A stretch of 64,000 bases of DNA from the NCBI GenBank assembly GCA_030390025.1, contig CM059432.1, forward strand, positions 60,514,001-60,578,000, written 5' to 3'. Under the pieces are notes generated by a model. That model saw only the letters and a list, made by a program, of their open reading frames with translations. It was not told the DNA's origin and searched no databases. This stretch comes from Squalus acanthias (lineage: Eukaryota). Position 1 is the first letter of the stretch. Each line of letters begins with the position of its first letter. Below, piece after piece: positions 34,413 through 48,565 of this stretch. Both the position numbers and the translations under genes were made by a program.

Positions 34413-37400
34413 GTATGCCTTTTTTTTCTTCTTTTATTTTTAATCAAATCCAGGTCAGGTCAGAGCCCAGCGGATGCAGCAACTGCTGTTGTCTGCCTAG
34501 GGCTTTGTTTACTGAGTGCATCAACGAAACCGGGCTCTTGCTTCCTAAAGTTTTTATTTTTTTTCTTAAGATAATGCAAAGAATCTTATAGGAGTAATTT
34601 TAAGATAAACTAACCTTCTAGAACCCAATGGTATGTTAGTAGGTTACAGTTATATATATATATTGTAAAAAAATGCAAACAATAAATTATTGGTGTTCTC
34701 AATCTTGTCTACAGTGTTTACACTTGATTACAATATTAATTTATTGAGCTGGATGATTAAAGAGCAAGCATGAATTTTAGCTAGTAAGAACAGATCTTCC
34801 TTAAACTACTGTAGTATATGGTAAAAGCAAATATTGTGCATGGTAGTACATATCCTGCTAGCATATTGCCACACAAAAATCACTCATTTTCTCCTGTCAC
34901 TTAATACTGCCATGTTTACGTCACATTAATGAAGGCAAAGCCAAAATACAACAGTGGCAATAAAGTTTCAAACTTAAACAGACAGAGATAGAAACAAATA
35001 TAAGGTATCTTAAATATAATTTAACATTTTAATCTAATTTAATATAGCCACTAATTAAATTAATTTGGGTTGCTTTAGTGCAATTCTCGGTAGTTTATAG
35101 CCTTCCAGCACAGAAGATGACTGTAATGGCATAAAATGGCAGTCTCACTTAGAGAGGCCAGAAAGATGACTAAAATGGAAAAATTAACATTACAACAGCA
35201 GAAGTCCTGAGGTTGGGAGGGGAAGCACACTATTGGGCAGAGTAGATAGAGCTTTTCTCTGCATCTGGCTGTTTTACGTCTGACCTGACTGCACCGGGTA
35301 CCCAAAACTGAAAGATTGTCTATTCACCAGCACTGACAGCATTTGCCTTTATAAGCACAAAAATTCATCAAACAAAAAATAATTAATTGTCTTGGATTTT
35401 AGCTGCATATAAGTTTTCCTCCAATTACTGTTGCATGTGGATATTGGATTGTAGGATTTGAGAAGGAAACTCAAGAAACAAAGTAACATTGGACTTCATA
35501 TTCTGCAAGTTCCAGAAGTGGTTTTATTTTTAGGTAAAACATAATTTCCAAGTTCTGCACTTTAATTATACCACACGTTAAATTTAGAGATGAAATGCAG
35601 CAAATAAATATATTTAAATTAACAAAGCAATTGTGAAAGCTAGAAGGGTGGCAGACTGATTCAGACATAATGTGGACTGAACCCTTAGTTTAGGTTGTAC
35701 TGCTCAGATCACATTGCATAAAGCTCGTGAAACAGATCCGGTGAAATGGAAAGAAATCAGATTGAAACGCAGTGACAGAGTCGTCACCAGATTAGAAGCT
35801 TAAGCATGCCCCGGTAAGAGGTCTTACATGAAATTCTTCAATTGAGGTTTAAAGAAAGCCATGAAGCTGTGGAAGAAATATTGAGACGGGGAGGAGAGAA
35901 TGTGAGACCATAATAAGTGATAGATGAGCAAGAACGATTTGAGAGTTACACTGACGACAAAGGGAGAGTCTTCTCAGGAAAGGGACAATAGAAGAGGTCA
36001 AGGTTTTCATTCTTTTGAGTTTTTTAAATTTGAAATTCAAATGTCTTAAACATATCATTGGGGTTGTAAATTATATTTATTTTAGATGTGAAATGGCTGT
36101 ACAGTCAAAAGACTTCTCTGTGCATTCCTGAGTTTCCACACCCCAATTTTTGAATGCATTACAGTCTGGAAACAATTGTGGGCCTGATTGGACTTGATCG
36201 AACGCAAGTGTTCCAAAGAAGTGTCCACAGAAAAATAAGCATCTTTTTCAGATCCACACGTGGTATACAAGGTTGTAATACAGTCTTGGTGTGCAGATGA
36301 CTTCATAAACTGCTTGAGCATTACTGTGACAGTTTATGACCTGTGAATCCCTTAATTGTGTTACAGTCTCATAGGCTAGAAGATCTGCTATTTGTGGTGT
36401 TTAGAAATTGGCATGTGGGTTATTTAAGTATGTTGTTCATTTTCTGCATTGTAGGTGACGGTGGTCAATATTGACATTAAAAACATAGTATGTTAAAATA
36501 TGACACATACCCCTGCATTTAAACACTGCCTGGTTACAATCATCTCTTTTAAGATTTTGTAAAATGTGTAGATAAAGTTTGTATGCTATGAAATTTACAA
36601 GGAAGCTCACTGACAATGCCATTTACTACAGTTACTAGTTTGACACCAGCATCTGCTTCAGAGTGGTACTGGCTGAAGCTGCTGAGTTAAACTATCAGCT
36701 CGACATAGCTGTATTTTGGAAAAGTAGAATTTGAGGCATGCCCATTTAAACAGATATGTAAAACTCTGCTTGGAATACCAATTATGTTTTTAAAGCTACT
36801 AAAGAGTCAATTATCTTGTTAGCTCTTTACTATCATTAAAAATTGTCATTGAGATTTTTTTACATTTAAAAAATAAAGCTAAACAAGGTCAGATGCATTT
36901 CTGACGTGTGGAAATGCATCTCCATGTTTAAAAATCTCCAAACCAAATTACTGAGCAATCCACACAAGTAAAGTTTTTGTTTACGTGATGTAGAGTGCAT
37001 GCACTCTTGCCCATTTGGATGCAGCTCACTTGCCGAAATCCAGACAACTAAGTTACAAGTTGGCAGAACCAAGTGTGCACAGTTGTATTGCCAGCTAAAA
37101 TTGCATAGCCTACCAACACAGAGCATTGATAAGGTTCTCATTGCTTTGGTTTTATAAATAACTTCAAAACTATAATGCATGGAATTTTAGGAAAACATAT
37201 CCCTGCCTGAATATTGGATGTTTATAGTGCACTGGTTGACTATGCAGAGAAAATTTGTGCTCAACAAAGTAAGCGACAATTGTATTAGGGCTCAGATGAG
37301 ATTTATGCAGATAAATAAAGTTCAGAGCTCCCACTAGATGATCCAAACAGTTCTTAACTCAAAATAACACTTAAACCCCAATGTAACATTTTTCATTTCC

Positions 37401-37848
37401 CACACTGACCATCATTATTGAGTAAAATTGGTCACATGCAATGGTGGTAATTATTGCTGAATTATAAACAGTTTTGTGTGGTCCACTGAGAACTGTATTA
37501 ATACAACTCAAATTCATTTCAGCAGAACCCTAGATGGCCATTCATAAAAAGCAAAATTTAATTTCATTAATACAATTTGAGATTCCAACCCAGGTTCCAA
37601 ATATGAAGGTCCATTGTTTTAATTCAGTGTTTCACACATAGTGTGCATGAACCATGATTTCTGGTTGGTTTCCGTCCCTTTCCAGAAGTTTTTCCACCTG
37701 CTTGCTCCGTTGTGCCACTTGCCCTGACACTAGGGAGGCAACACACCATTCAGGACTCCTGGTTACAGCTGCAAATCAGGTTGTCTGTCCCCTAATTATG
37801 GATTTCCCCACTAGTAACATGCACCTCTTCCAGTATGATGAAGAGTGC

Positions 37849-38100
37849 ACAAAAGCAAAATACTGCGGATGCTGGAAATCTGAAATAAAAACAGAAAATG
37901 CTAGAAATACTCAGCAGGTCAGGCAGCATCTGTGGAAAGAGAAACAGTTATCATTTCAGGTCGATGACCTTTTGTCAGAACTGGAAAAAGTTAGAGATGT
38001 AACAGATTTTAAGCAAGTGCAGGGGCAGGGAAAGGGGGGAGGAGAGGAAAGAACAAAAGGAAAGGTCTGTGATAAGGTGAAGGCACGAGTGATTAAATGA
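37849..38100 (-). mobile_element. Penelope-like 3' end with degenerate hammerhead motif
   Basis: AAAGCAAAATACTGCGGATGCTGGAAATCTG end. 38020-38097 matches positions 5-78 of this window. Confidence 0.7.
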
Positions 38101-38920
38101 CACAAGGTATGATAGTACAAAGCAAAGGGAGTGTAGAATAATGAAGAGTGTAGCCAACTGGTCCTTAATCTCAGCATTCCTGGTGCTCAAGTAATACAGC
38201 CCTCTGACACTTCATGCACATGCACTCTGGATACTTTGCACATCCAGGATGTCCCACATCTTGCATGCTAGATTGCCATCTACCCTCCATTTTATATTCC
38301 CAGCTGCTGTGGTACTCAAGTTCTAACTCTAGAACCAATTGTTATGCTTACCTGCTCTGGTGTTGTAGATTTAGGCACATGCCCAAGCACCAAACTGTCA
38401 CCTTTTCACTCAGTCAACCTGTTGTAGCTTGAAGAATTGTAAATTTGACAACTTGATGTTTAATTTTTAAATGATGAGTCCCAGTGTTAGCATTGAGATG
38501 GTGACTTAGAGGTTTTACTGATTCCAATAGCATTAAGGAGCTGAATTAGCATCTGTAAATAACCTGTACCTAGCTATTGCATTATCTGTAGCATATTAAA
38601 ATTGGTTCTGATTTGGAATTGCCAGGCAGTCAGTCATCCTTCTATGTATGCATAACTATAGTCCAATTTAGGGCTAGAAATAAGTTTTGTCAGATCCCAA
38701 TCTTGATTGCCAAATGGGTAGGATGTGACTGGGTCATATTTGGTTATCCATTGTTCATTAACAGATGGTAAGAGAAACAGAAACCCCTCTCCAAGCTGTT
38801 CTCCAGATGCCATCAGCGTTGCCGTTTAAACAAAATAAAGGGGAAAAAATTAAATGGATGGAATCCATTTTAATCCTAATTCTTTTTAGCTAAATGATTT
38901 CTAAATATGCGCTGGTGGTA

Positions 38921-38925
<5 letters not shown>

Positions 38926-38972
<47 letters not shown>

Positions 38973-39020
38973 TATATATATAGATAGATAGATAGAGATA
39001 TTTCTATAGATATATATATA
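38926..39020. repeat. (AT)n / (AGAT)n microsatellite
   Basis: Directly visible. Confidence 0.95.
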
Positions 39021-39984
39021 TTTTTTTTAAATGCAATCTGTTGTCATTCTGGTTTTCTCCCATGTTTTCCACTTTAATCTCTAGTCTTTTACAACATTAT
39101 TCACCAAAGGGAAATCTTCTGTAATTTACAGTAATTTTAACTACCACAGATGCATTTCCTATAATACAGTTGATCTCCTGTAGCACTGCACATGGGTAGT
39201 TGAGATCAAGTGCCTGGACCCCAGGTTGGCTCTACTTCTATCCCTGAGTCATTGAGTAATGCCATGGGAGATGTGCTAGAATATATATAATATTTGTTGC
39301 TATATTGTGCTAACCCATTATAGAAGAGAAAATAATAGATTGCTCGCAACTCTTGTTCTAAAACTGAGTATAATCACCTAGTTGTGTTTTCTATCCTTTC
39401 CTCAGCAGCTGCAGAAGTTGTCTGGTCTGTCTCCTCTTCAGAGATTCTAGTCAGATGACCTCTTCATTGGTTCCAAGATAAAACATATTGTTCTGGAAAG
39501 CACAGGCTAATAAAAAAAACCACCACCAGCACCTTCCCTCCCCCCACCCCCGCCAAAACAGTAACAAGAGCTAAGCAGTTATTTAAGTAATTGTCTGTTC
39601 AATTCAGAAAGCTGCACGTCACATACATATCTAAACAAATTACAAAACATATTTGTATTTGAATTGTGGTTTGCTTTTTAGCCCCTGATGTATCATGACA
39701 AAATCTAAAGTAGCTAACACTAAGCTAAATCTTAGTTAAAAATGCTTGACTTTTGTCACACGCTTGCTCATTGTGACATGCTACGTTCTGAACTACAAAT
39801 ATGAAATCCTCAGTGGAGGCACAAAGTTACATCATAATAAATGGTACTCAATCTTATCACAATTCCTGTGTAGGATTCCTCAGGGAAGCATGTTTGGCCC
39901 AACTCTTTCTCATCAGATATGAATGTTATCAGAAATGACATTGATCCCTTTTCAGCTACAAACATTTTGTTGTAAAATCAAGAG

Positions 39985-40222
39985 GAAAAACTGCAAATGC
40001 TGAAAATCTGAAATAAATATAGAAAATGCTGGAAATGCAAAGCAGGTCAGTCAGCATATGTACAGGTTAAAAGACTTAAAGTTAAAAGACATGTTTATCA
40101 CATTTCTGGTGTGTACCCTTTATCCGAACTGAAGGGTACACACTCAAAACATAATAACCTATCTTTTCTCTTTACAAATGCTTGGTGACCTGTTGTGTAT
40201 TTCCAGCATTTTCTTTTTTATC
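39985..40222. mobile_element. Old Penelope-like inverted-end remnant
   Basis: AAAATGCTGGAAAT..GCAGGTCA is mirrored by TGACCTG..ATTTCCAGCATTTT, with a central GTGTACCCTT/AAGGGTACAC hairpin. Confidence 0.6.
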
Positions 40223-40841
40223 ATAAACATTTAATTCACTGACTTGGTAATTTTAACCATTCTACTTTAGGGCAAATTAATGAAAAAGATGGAATCAATG
40301 TCAGCAACATCAAATTTGTGGAAATAATATATCCATTTAGCGATGAAATATTTATAGCCCGATTTGTCATCTGCTTCTGAACTCAGTCCAGTCCAGAGCA
40401 GTAGACTTGATGAGGATGGGCTACTCTGCCTGAATCCATACTCTACAATATAAAGAGATGTGGCAAGACTATCACTTCCATACAAGATTATGACAATAGC
40501 TGTGAAGCGTTGCTAATGCTGATGTGATAACTGCATATTTACTGCCAGAAATCAGAAATACAAAAGCGGCTGCAGATGTCCTTTTGCAATTTTTTCATCA
40601 ATCCAAAAAGACCACAAAAACATTTGGGGTAGTTTTTTAGACATTTTCTCCTACCTCTGGGTTAGGGTCTGAGTCAGGGTTACTGGAGCATATGCTAGTC
40701 TAACTGACTCATAGGCGCTGCAACACAACTTCACCAAGTCTTTCAGTGTTCTCAGCTACCATCAGGGACAAGTTCTATGATTTATCTGCCTTGATACAGT
40801 TGACTACAGCTTCACCCTATCCTTTTGCCAGATGTATCAAC

Positions 40842-43460
40842 TTACATAGGATATACGGCACAGAAATAGGCTATTCGGCCCACCCAGTCCATGCTGGCGT
40901 TTATGCTCCACTCGAGCCTCCTCCCGTCTTTCCTCCTCTAGCTCAGCATGACCCTCTATTCCCTTTTCCCTCATATGCTTATCTAGCCTCTCCTTAAATG
41001 CATCTATACTATTTGCCTCAATCACTCCCTTTGGTAGCGAGTTCCACATTCTCACCACTCTCAGGGTAAAGAAGATCCTCTGAATTCCCTATTTGATTTC
41101 TTGTTGACTATCTTATATTGATGGCCTCTAGTTTTGCTCTTCCCCACAAGTGGAACACTCTCTCTCTCTGTGGGTCTACTCTTTCAAAACCGTTCATAAT
41201 TTTAAAGACCTCCATTAGTCAACCCTCAGCCTTCTCTTTTCAAGAGAAAAATGACCCAGCCTGTTCATCCTTTCCTGATAGGTATAACCTCGTGTTTCTG
41301 GTATCATCCTTGTAAATCTTTTTTGCACCCTTTCCAGTGCCTCTATATCCTTTTTATAATATGGCGATCAGAATTGTACGCAGTACTCCAAGTGTGGTCA
41401 AACCAAGATTCGATACAAGTTTAGCATAATTTCTCTACTTTTCAATTCTATACCTCTAGAAATAAACCCTAGTGCTTGGTTTGCTCTTTCTATGGCCTTG
41501 TTAACCTGTGTCGCTACTTTTAGTGATTTGTGTACTTGTACTCAGAGATCCCTTTGCTCCTCTATCCTACTTAGATTTTTATTTTCCAGGTAATATATGA
41601 CCTCCTTATTTTTCTTACCAAAATGTACTACCTTACACTTATCTGTGTTGAAATTAATTTGCCAATTATATGCCCATTCTGCAAGTTATTAATATATTCT
41701 TGAATTTGTTGCTGTCCTCCTCAGTATTGACTATCCCTCCTAATTTGGTGTCATCTGCAAATTTATAAATTGTGTTTTTGATTCCAAAGTCTAAATCGTT
41801 AATATAAATTTTGAACAACAGTGGTCCCAACACTGATCCTTGTGGGACTACTTTCCACCTTCTGCCACTCCGAGTATCTACCCTTTACCCCTACTCTCTG
41901 ATTTCTGTCTTGAAGCCAGCTAGCAATCCATCCTGCTACTTGTCCCCTGACTCTGCATGCTCTGATCTTACTCATTAATCTATTATGTGGCACCTTATCA
42001 AAGGCCTTTTGAAAATCTAGATAAATTACATCTTCTGCATTATCCTTGTCTACTCTCTCTGTTACCTCTTCAAAGAATTCAATGAGGTTGGTCAAGCAAG
42101 ACTATTCCTTTTGAAATCCTTGCTGACTATTCATTACTATATTTTTGGTTTCTAGATGTTTTTCTAATTTCTCCTTTAGTAGGGATTCCATTATTTTTCC
42201 TATCGCCGATGTTAAGCTGACTGGTCTATAGTTCCCTGGATATGTTCTATCCCCCTTCTTAAATGTAGATATTACGTTAGCTATCCGCTACTCCTGTGGC
42301 ACTCCATCCTTTTCTAACAAATTATTAAATATATGTAATAGTGCCTCTGCTATCTCTCCCCCAGATTCTTTTAAAATGCATGAATGTAATCTGTCCGGAC
42401 CAGGGCTTTATCCTTTTGAGTTTGATTAGTTTATTTAATATTTCTCCAATTTTTATTTTAAATGTAGTTATGTCATTTCTAATCTCATCTTCTGAGGTCA
42501 TATCCACCTAATCTATCTCCCTGGTAAATACTGAAGCAAAGTAATTATTTAATATTTCTGCCATTTCGCCATCGCTGCCTGTGATTTTATTCTTTCAATT
42601 CCTTAGTGACCCTATTCCCATCCCGACTCCTTTCTTTATTTATGTGCCTGTAGAATATTTCACTATTTTGTTTTATGTTCCTTGATAATATAATTTCATA
42701 GTTCCTCTTTGCCTTCCTAATTGTTTTTTTGACTTCTCTCCTAATCTCTTCGTATTCTCCCTTGTCTTGCTCACCCCTGCTGTCCAGGTACTTAGTGTAT
42801 GCCTCTTTCCTCAGCCTCAATTTTTTCTTTGTCTTTATTTATCCATGTGTTATCCATTAATGTTTAGTTTATTCTTGTTTATTAGCGGAACATATTTTTC
42901 CTGGACTCTGTTGAACACCATTTTAAATGTTTCCCATTGCTTCTCAACATCATTGTTTGTCAATATTGTGTCCATTTTATTTTTCCAAAATCAGTTTTTC
43001 TCCAGTCTATTACCCTGGTCTTTGTCATACTTATGACCTTCTCAATTATTATCTTAAACGTATTATTATGGTCACTATTTCCTAAATGTTCCCCTACTTT
43101 TACTTCTCTTATCTCTTCTGATTCATTCCCCATTACTAGATCCAGTAGTGAATCCTCCCTTGTCGGGCTTCTTACCTACTGGGTTAGAAAGGAGTCTTTC
43201 ACACATTGTAGGAACTCCATTCCCTTATCCCCTTTACCTACCTCTTCTGGCCAATTAATTTTGGGATAGTTGAAATCCCCCATGATTATTAATCTATGTT
43301 TTTTACTAATTTCCCTAATTTGTTTGCATATTTCTTCCACCACCTCCCTTCCACTATTAGGTGGTCTATAAACTACCCCTATTAGTGTGATTGATCCCTT
43401 TTATCCCTATCCACATGGATTCTAATTCTGTCTTACTGATAGCTGCATCACCTTTTTCTA
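40842..43460 (-). mobile_element. CR1 LINE ORF2, same family as 11405-19422
   Basis: TNLIEFFEEVTERVD, YLDFQKAFDKVPH, KAKRNYEI, and a CR1 tail at 40842. Confidence 0.92.
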
Positions 43461-43714
43461 AATTGATAAATCCAGAGCAGTTACAAAAATGGCTGATGTG
43501 TGAAATAGACAAATTACACTAGTGTAGCACTGCTGAAATTTTGTTAATGGACAATGTTGAAGCATTGCAAAGAGAACTACACCCTGCATTTAATCCATAC
43601 AAGGAAGTACTTAATGTGGACACTGAGTTCAAAAGCAGAAGCATTAACCTTCCCCTAATTTTTTTGTTGAAGATCAAACTATTCATTTATCCAAGTCAAT
43701 AATATATGATAAGT

Positions 43715-44330
43715 TGAAACTCCAGTACAGATCCCTGGAGAACACCATTTGTCACTTCTCGCCAATCAGAGCACAGTACCTTTAACACTACTCTCTGTCT
43801 CCTACCTCCCAACGAATTACTGACCTATGTCACAAAAAAGAAAGACTTGCATTTATATAGCGTTTTTCACGATCACCGGACGTCCCAAAGCGCATTACAG
43901 CCAATGAAGTACTTTTTGAAGTGTAGTCACTGTTGTAATGTAGGAAATATTACAAGGTTACTTCCAATTCTGTGCGCTCTTATTTTTACTAATAATCCCT
44001 TATGCAGAACCTTATTAAATGCCTTCTGAAAGTCTATATAGACAACTATCCTATCCACCATGTTAGTGACCTCAAAAAAAAAACTAGATTATTCAGGTGA
44101 TGACCTACCCATCACAAATCCATGCTGACTCTCTTTGATCAACTGATATTTGTCCAAGTGTCACTCTGTCTCGAATGACAGATTCCAGTAACTTCTCTAC
44201 AATTGATGTTAAACTGATTTATCTCTCCCTTTTTTAATAATGGCGTGAGTGATATTTGCAATTTTCCAATCCAACGGCACAATTCTTGAATCAAGAGAGC
44301 TTTCGAAAATTATGACTAATGCATCTGCAA
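43715..44330 (-). mobile_element. Old CR1 RT fragment with a SINE 3' tail inserted at ~43835-43950
   Basis: Degenerate DFQKAFNKV and QHGFV on the minus strand. The SINE tail matches 6686-6793. Confidence 0.7.
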
Positions 44331-44779
44331 TCTGTAGTGTTGCTCACTGATAATTTGTGACCTGGAGTATGATTTCTGATGCTCACTGTTTGCCCATCAT
44401 TGTATTACAGCAAGTTTAGTAAAGCAATATAGCACATAACTGAATCAAGGTAAAATGTTACGCATCTTACTGATACTGAAAGAAACAGGGCCTTGGAGAT
44501 GTAATGTTTGTTATACTTTGTTCTTCCTGCAACCTTATTCTCAATTATTTACATGATAACATATTTTTTGCTTAATCACCCAAAGTGGATTTGCAATATT
44601 TTCTAAGATGGAAGTATTTGTTTTTTCTTCTCTACTTCCTTCCCAAAATCAACCTTCATCATAGTTCATAAATGATTTTGAAATATATTCTCCCCCCCCC
44701 CCCCCCCCCCCCACGTTCCCATTGTGGATTGTATTTCTTGCTGAAACCACCATTGGTGTAGTAGTGCACCTGGAACTTA

Positions 44780-45365
44780 CTGCAATTATATAGGGCCCTG
44801 GTGAGACCACACCTAGAATATTGTGTACAGTTTTGGTGGTCTTACCTTACCTATACTTGCCATAGAGGGAGTGCAACGAAGGTTCACCAGACTGATTCCT
44901 GGGATGGGGGGGTTGTCCTATGAGGAGAGGTTGAGTAGACTAGGCCTATATTCTCTAGAGTTTAGAAGAATGAGAGATGATCTCATTGAAACATATAACA
45001 TTCTAACAGGGCTTGACAGGGTATAGATGCAGGGAGGCTGTTTCCCCTGGCTGGGGAGTCTAGAACCAGGGGTCACAGTCTCAGAATAAGGGGTCAGCCA
45101 CTTAGGACTGAGATGAGGAGAAATTTCTTCACTCAGAGGGTGGTGAATCTTTGGAATTCTCTACCCCAGAGGGCTGTGGGGGCTCAGTTGTTGAGTCTAT
45201 TTAAGACCGAGATTGATAGATTTTTTGATATTAAGGGAATCAAGGGATATGGGGATAGTGCAGGAAAGTGGAGTTGAGGTAGAAGATCAGCATGATCTTA
45301 TTGAATGGCGGAGCAGGCTCAAAGGGGCCAAATGGCCTACTCCTGCTCTTATTTCTTATGTTTCC
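44780..45365 (+). mobile_element. CR1 3' fragment
   Basis: EGVQRRFTRLIPGM..RLGLYSLEFRRMR and a CR1 tail. Confidence 0.88.
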
Positions 45366-45835
45366 GACTACTAGTCTCCAATAATCAGCATCTTGAACAG
45401 ATGGCCATTCATCATGGTCCAAGCCTCACTGACTGACTTTGGCTACAATGTCCAAGGTCAGCATCTAAGCACCATATAATCATCCCCATCTGGCCCTACT
45501 GCAAACATTTGTCCCCCTCAGTGATGCAAAAAAAATTATCCAAACAACTGTTACTTTGGAATGTTTATTTAATGACTTAAACTGTATAAAGCAGTGGAAT
45601 TTTTTTCTGCTGCTCACACCTCAGATATTTGTAAATATTCTGCTTGGCTTTTTTAATACATTGGTTGACACAGTATACTCTGTGTATTGTAGTTCCACGG
45701 GGGGAGGTTGAAAAGTACAACTCCATGATGCAGCTCTTTTTTACATATAGAATTTGGCCATAGCAACTGAAAATCCCATCACCCAAGGCTCTAGTAAAAT
45801 CTCCAGCTCATACCCGGTGCCCCAGAAAGAAGAGT

Positions 45836-45837
<2 letters not shown>

Positions 45838-45878
<41 letters not shown>
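45838..45878. repeat. (GT)n microsatellite
   Basis: Directly visible. Confidence 0.97.
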
Positions 45879-45879
<1 letters not shown>

Positions 45880-47238
45880 TGAGGGGGGGCAGGAAGCAGG
45901 AGTGCTTCTTGCTACATTTCTAACATTAAACAACCAATATGATGGGTCATTTTAGTGATTTCACCCCCCCCCCCCCCAAGATTTTAAATTTTTAGTGTGT
46001 TCTTATGTTATAAATGAAAGCAATATGAAGAATTTATTTGATAAATTTGGTTCATTTTGCTATCATCGTTGGTTCCAGGTTGCTAGTCTGGGAAAAGCAA
46101 GAGTCATTTGTTTGAGTGGTTGTTCTGTGCTTGTGGGAGCTTTATTATCTGTCTAGTCAATGGAATTGGTTACTAAATGCTTTGAATTTAGTGAATGGGA
46201 TATATGAGCCAATCAGCAGGGTTAATTTAACATAGTAGCTATTTGAACCAATCTTGATGTTTGGATATACAGATGTATGATATTTTTGTGGAGTGACGCT
46301 GTGGTTGTGTACTAGAAACAAGACTTTTAGTTATATAAGTAAATCAAAGGAGCAGCTAGTTCCTGGGACAAAATTTGAGTCCATTGGATAGATAGTATTT
46401 CTGTGATTAAGCTTTTGAAGGAAATATTTAACTTTCTTGTGCCTGTTCTTGATTGGATTGCTTCATTCAATGGACTTTCATAGTTGACCTTGTATTTCAG
46501 ATGACTTTTTGGCAGATGTGGTGGTAAACAACTTGATATTTATTCACAGGGACATGGCACATGGCTCTATTAAAGCTAACACTTGTCAGTTGTCTACTGA
46601 CAAACTTGTAGCTATCCTCCTAGGGGGAGGTAATTAGTGTGTCTTTGGGGTTGAGCAGGTTCCAAGAAAAAAGACCTGATGCAGGAAGATTCAAACAGAG
46701 TCTACCCACTGTAGCAAGTTCGATAGTCTAATACCTGAGCCAGGCATTTCTGCAATATTTCAGGGCACTGTTAATAATTAAGCAGCCAGCCAGTCTGGCT
46801 CATCATAGAATCATAGAATGATTACAGCACAGAAAGAGGCCATTCGTCGCATCAAGCCTGTGCCGGCTCTCTGCAAGAACACTTAACCTTGTCCCATTCC
46901 TTTACTCTTTCCCTGTAGCCCTGCAAATTTTTTTCCTTCAGGTACTTATCCAATTCCCTTTTCAAAGCCTTGATTGAGTCTGCCTCCACCACCCATTTAC
47001 GCAGTGCATTCCAGATCCTAACCACTTGCTGCGTAAATTTTTTTTACCTCATGTCGCCTTGGTTCTTTTGCCAATCAACTTGAATCTGTGTCCTCTGGTT
47101 CTCGACCCTTCTGCGCCAATGGGAACAGTTTCTCTCTATCTACTCTGTCCAGAGCCCTCATGAATTTGAATACCTCTATCAAATCTTCTCTCAACCTTCT
47201 CTGCTCTAAGGAGAATAACCCCAGCCTCTCTAGCCTAT

Positions 47239-48565
47239 CATAAGAACATAAGAAATAAGAGCAGGAGTAGGCCATACGGCCCCTCGAGCCCGCTCTGCCA
47301 TTCAATAAGATCATGGCTGATCATCGACCTCAACTCCACTTTCCCGCCCGATCTCCATATCCCTTGATTCCCCTAGAGTCCAAAAATCTATCCATCTCAG
47401 CCTTGAATATACTCAAAGACTCAGCATTCACAGCCCCCTGGATCAGAGAATTCCAAAGATTCACAATCCTCTGAGTGAAGAAATTACTCCTCATCTCAGT
47501 CTTATATGGCCTACCCCTTATCCTGAGACTATGCCCCCTAGTTCTAGACACACCAGCCAGGGGAACAACCTCTCAGCATCTACCCTGTCAATCTCCTTCA
47601 GAATCTTGTATGTTTCAATGAGATCACTTCTGATTCTTCTAAACTCCAGAGAGTATAGGCCAATTCTACACAATCTCTCATCATAGGACAGCCCTCTCAT
47701 CCTAGGAATCAATCTAGTGAACCTTCGTTGCACCGCCTCCAAGGCAAGTATATCCTTCCTTGGATAAGGAGACCAAAACTGTGCACAGTACTCCAGGTGT
47801 GGTCTCATCAAGGCCCTGTACAATTGTAGCAAGACATCGTTACTCTTATACTCCAACCCCCTTGCAATAAAGGCCATTTGCCTTTCTTATTGCTTGCTGT
47901 ACCTGCATGCTAGCTTTCTGTGTTTCTTGCACGAGGACACCCAAATATCTCTGAACACCAACATTTGAAAGTTTCTCACCATTTAAAAAATATTCTGTTT
48001 TTCTAATCTTCCTACCAAAGTGAATAACCTCACATATCCCCACATTATACTCCATCTGCCACCTTACTGCCCACTCACTTAGTCTATCTATAACCCTTTG
48101 CAGACTCTTTGTATTCTCCTCACAGCTTACTGTCCCACCTAGCTTTGTATCATCAGCAAACATGGATACATTACACTCAGTCCCTTCATCTAGGTCATTA
48201 ATATAGATTGTAAATAGCTGAGGCCCCAACAGTGATCCTTGCGGCACCCCACTAGTTACAGCCTGCCAACCAGAAAAAGATCCATTTATCCCTACTCTCT
48301 GTTTTCTGTCTGTTAACCAATCCTCTATCCATGCTGCTATATTACCCCCAACCCCATGAGCCCTAATCTTGTGTAATAACCTTTTATGTGGCACCTTATT
48401 GAATGCCTTTTGGAAATCTAAATATACTACATTCACTGGTTCCCCTTTATCTACCCTGCTAGTTACATCCTCAAAAAACTCTAATAAATTTGTCAAACAC
48501 GATTTCCCTTTCATAAAACCATGTTGACTCTGCCTAATCATGTTATGATTTTCTAAGTGACTTGA
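47239..48565 (-). mobile_element. 5'-truncated CR1 of another family nested in the CR1 above
   Basis: Has its own tail ATAAGAACATAAGAAATA and a 231-aa RT stretch QHGFMKGKSCLTNL..GVPQGSLLGPQLF..FADDTKL. Confidence 0.9.

Noticed and set aside
34413..34574. Continuation of ORF 34359..34574 (VCLFFLLLFL..) as a signal or TM peptide
   Set aside because: It is read-through into the intron past the GT donor at 34413.
35403..35490. Possible ASXL3 exon 2
   Set aside because: No frame gives the expected [28 protein letters not shown]-like peptide. Exon 2 probably lies beyond the window.
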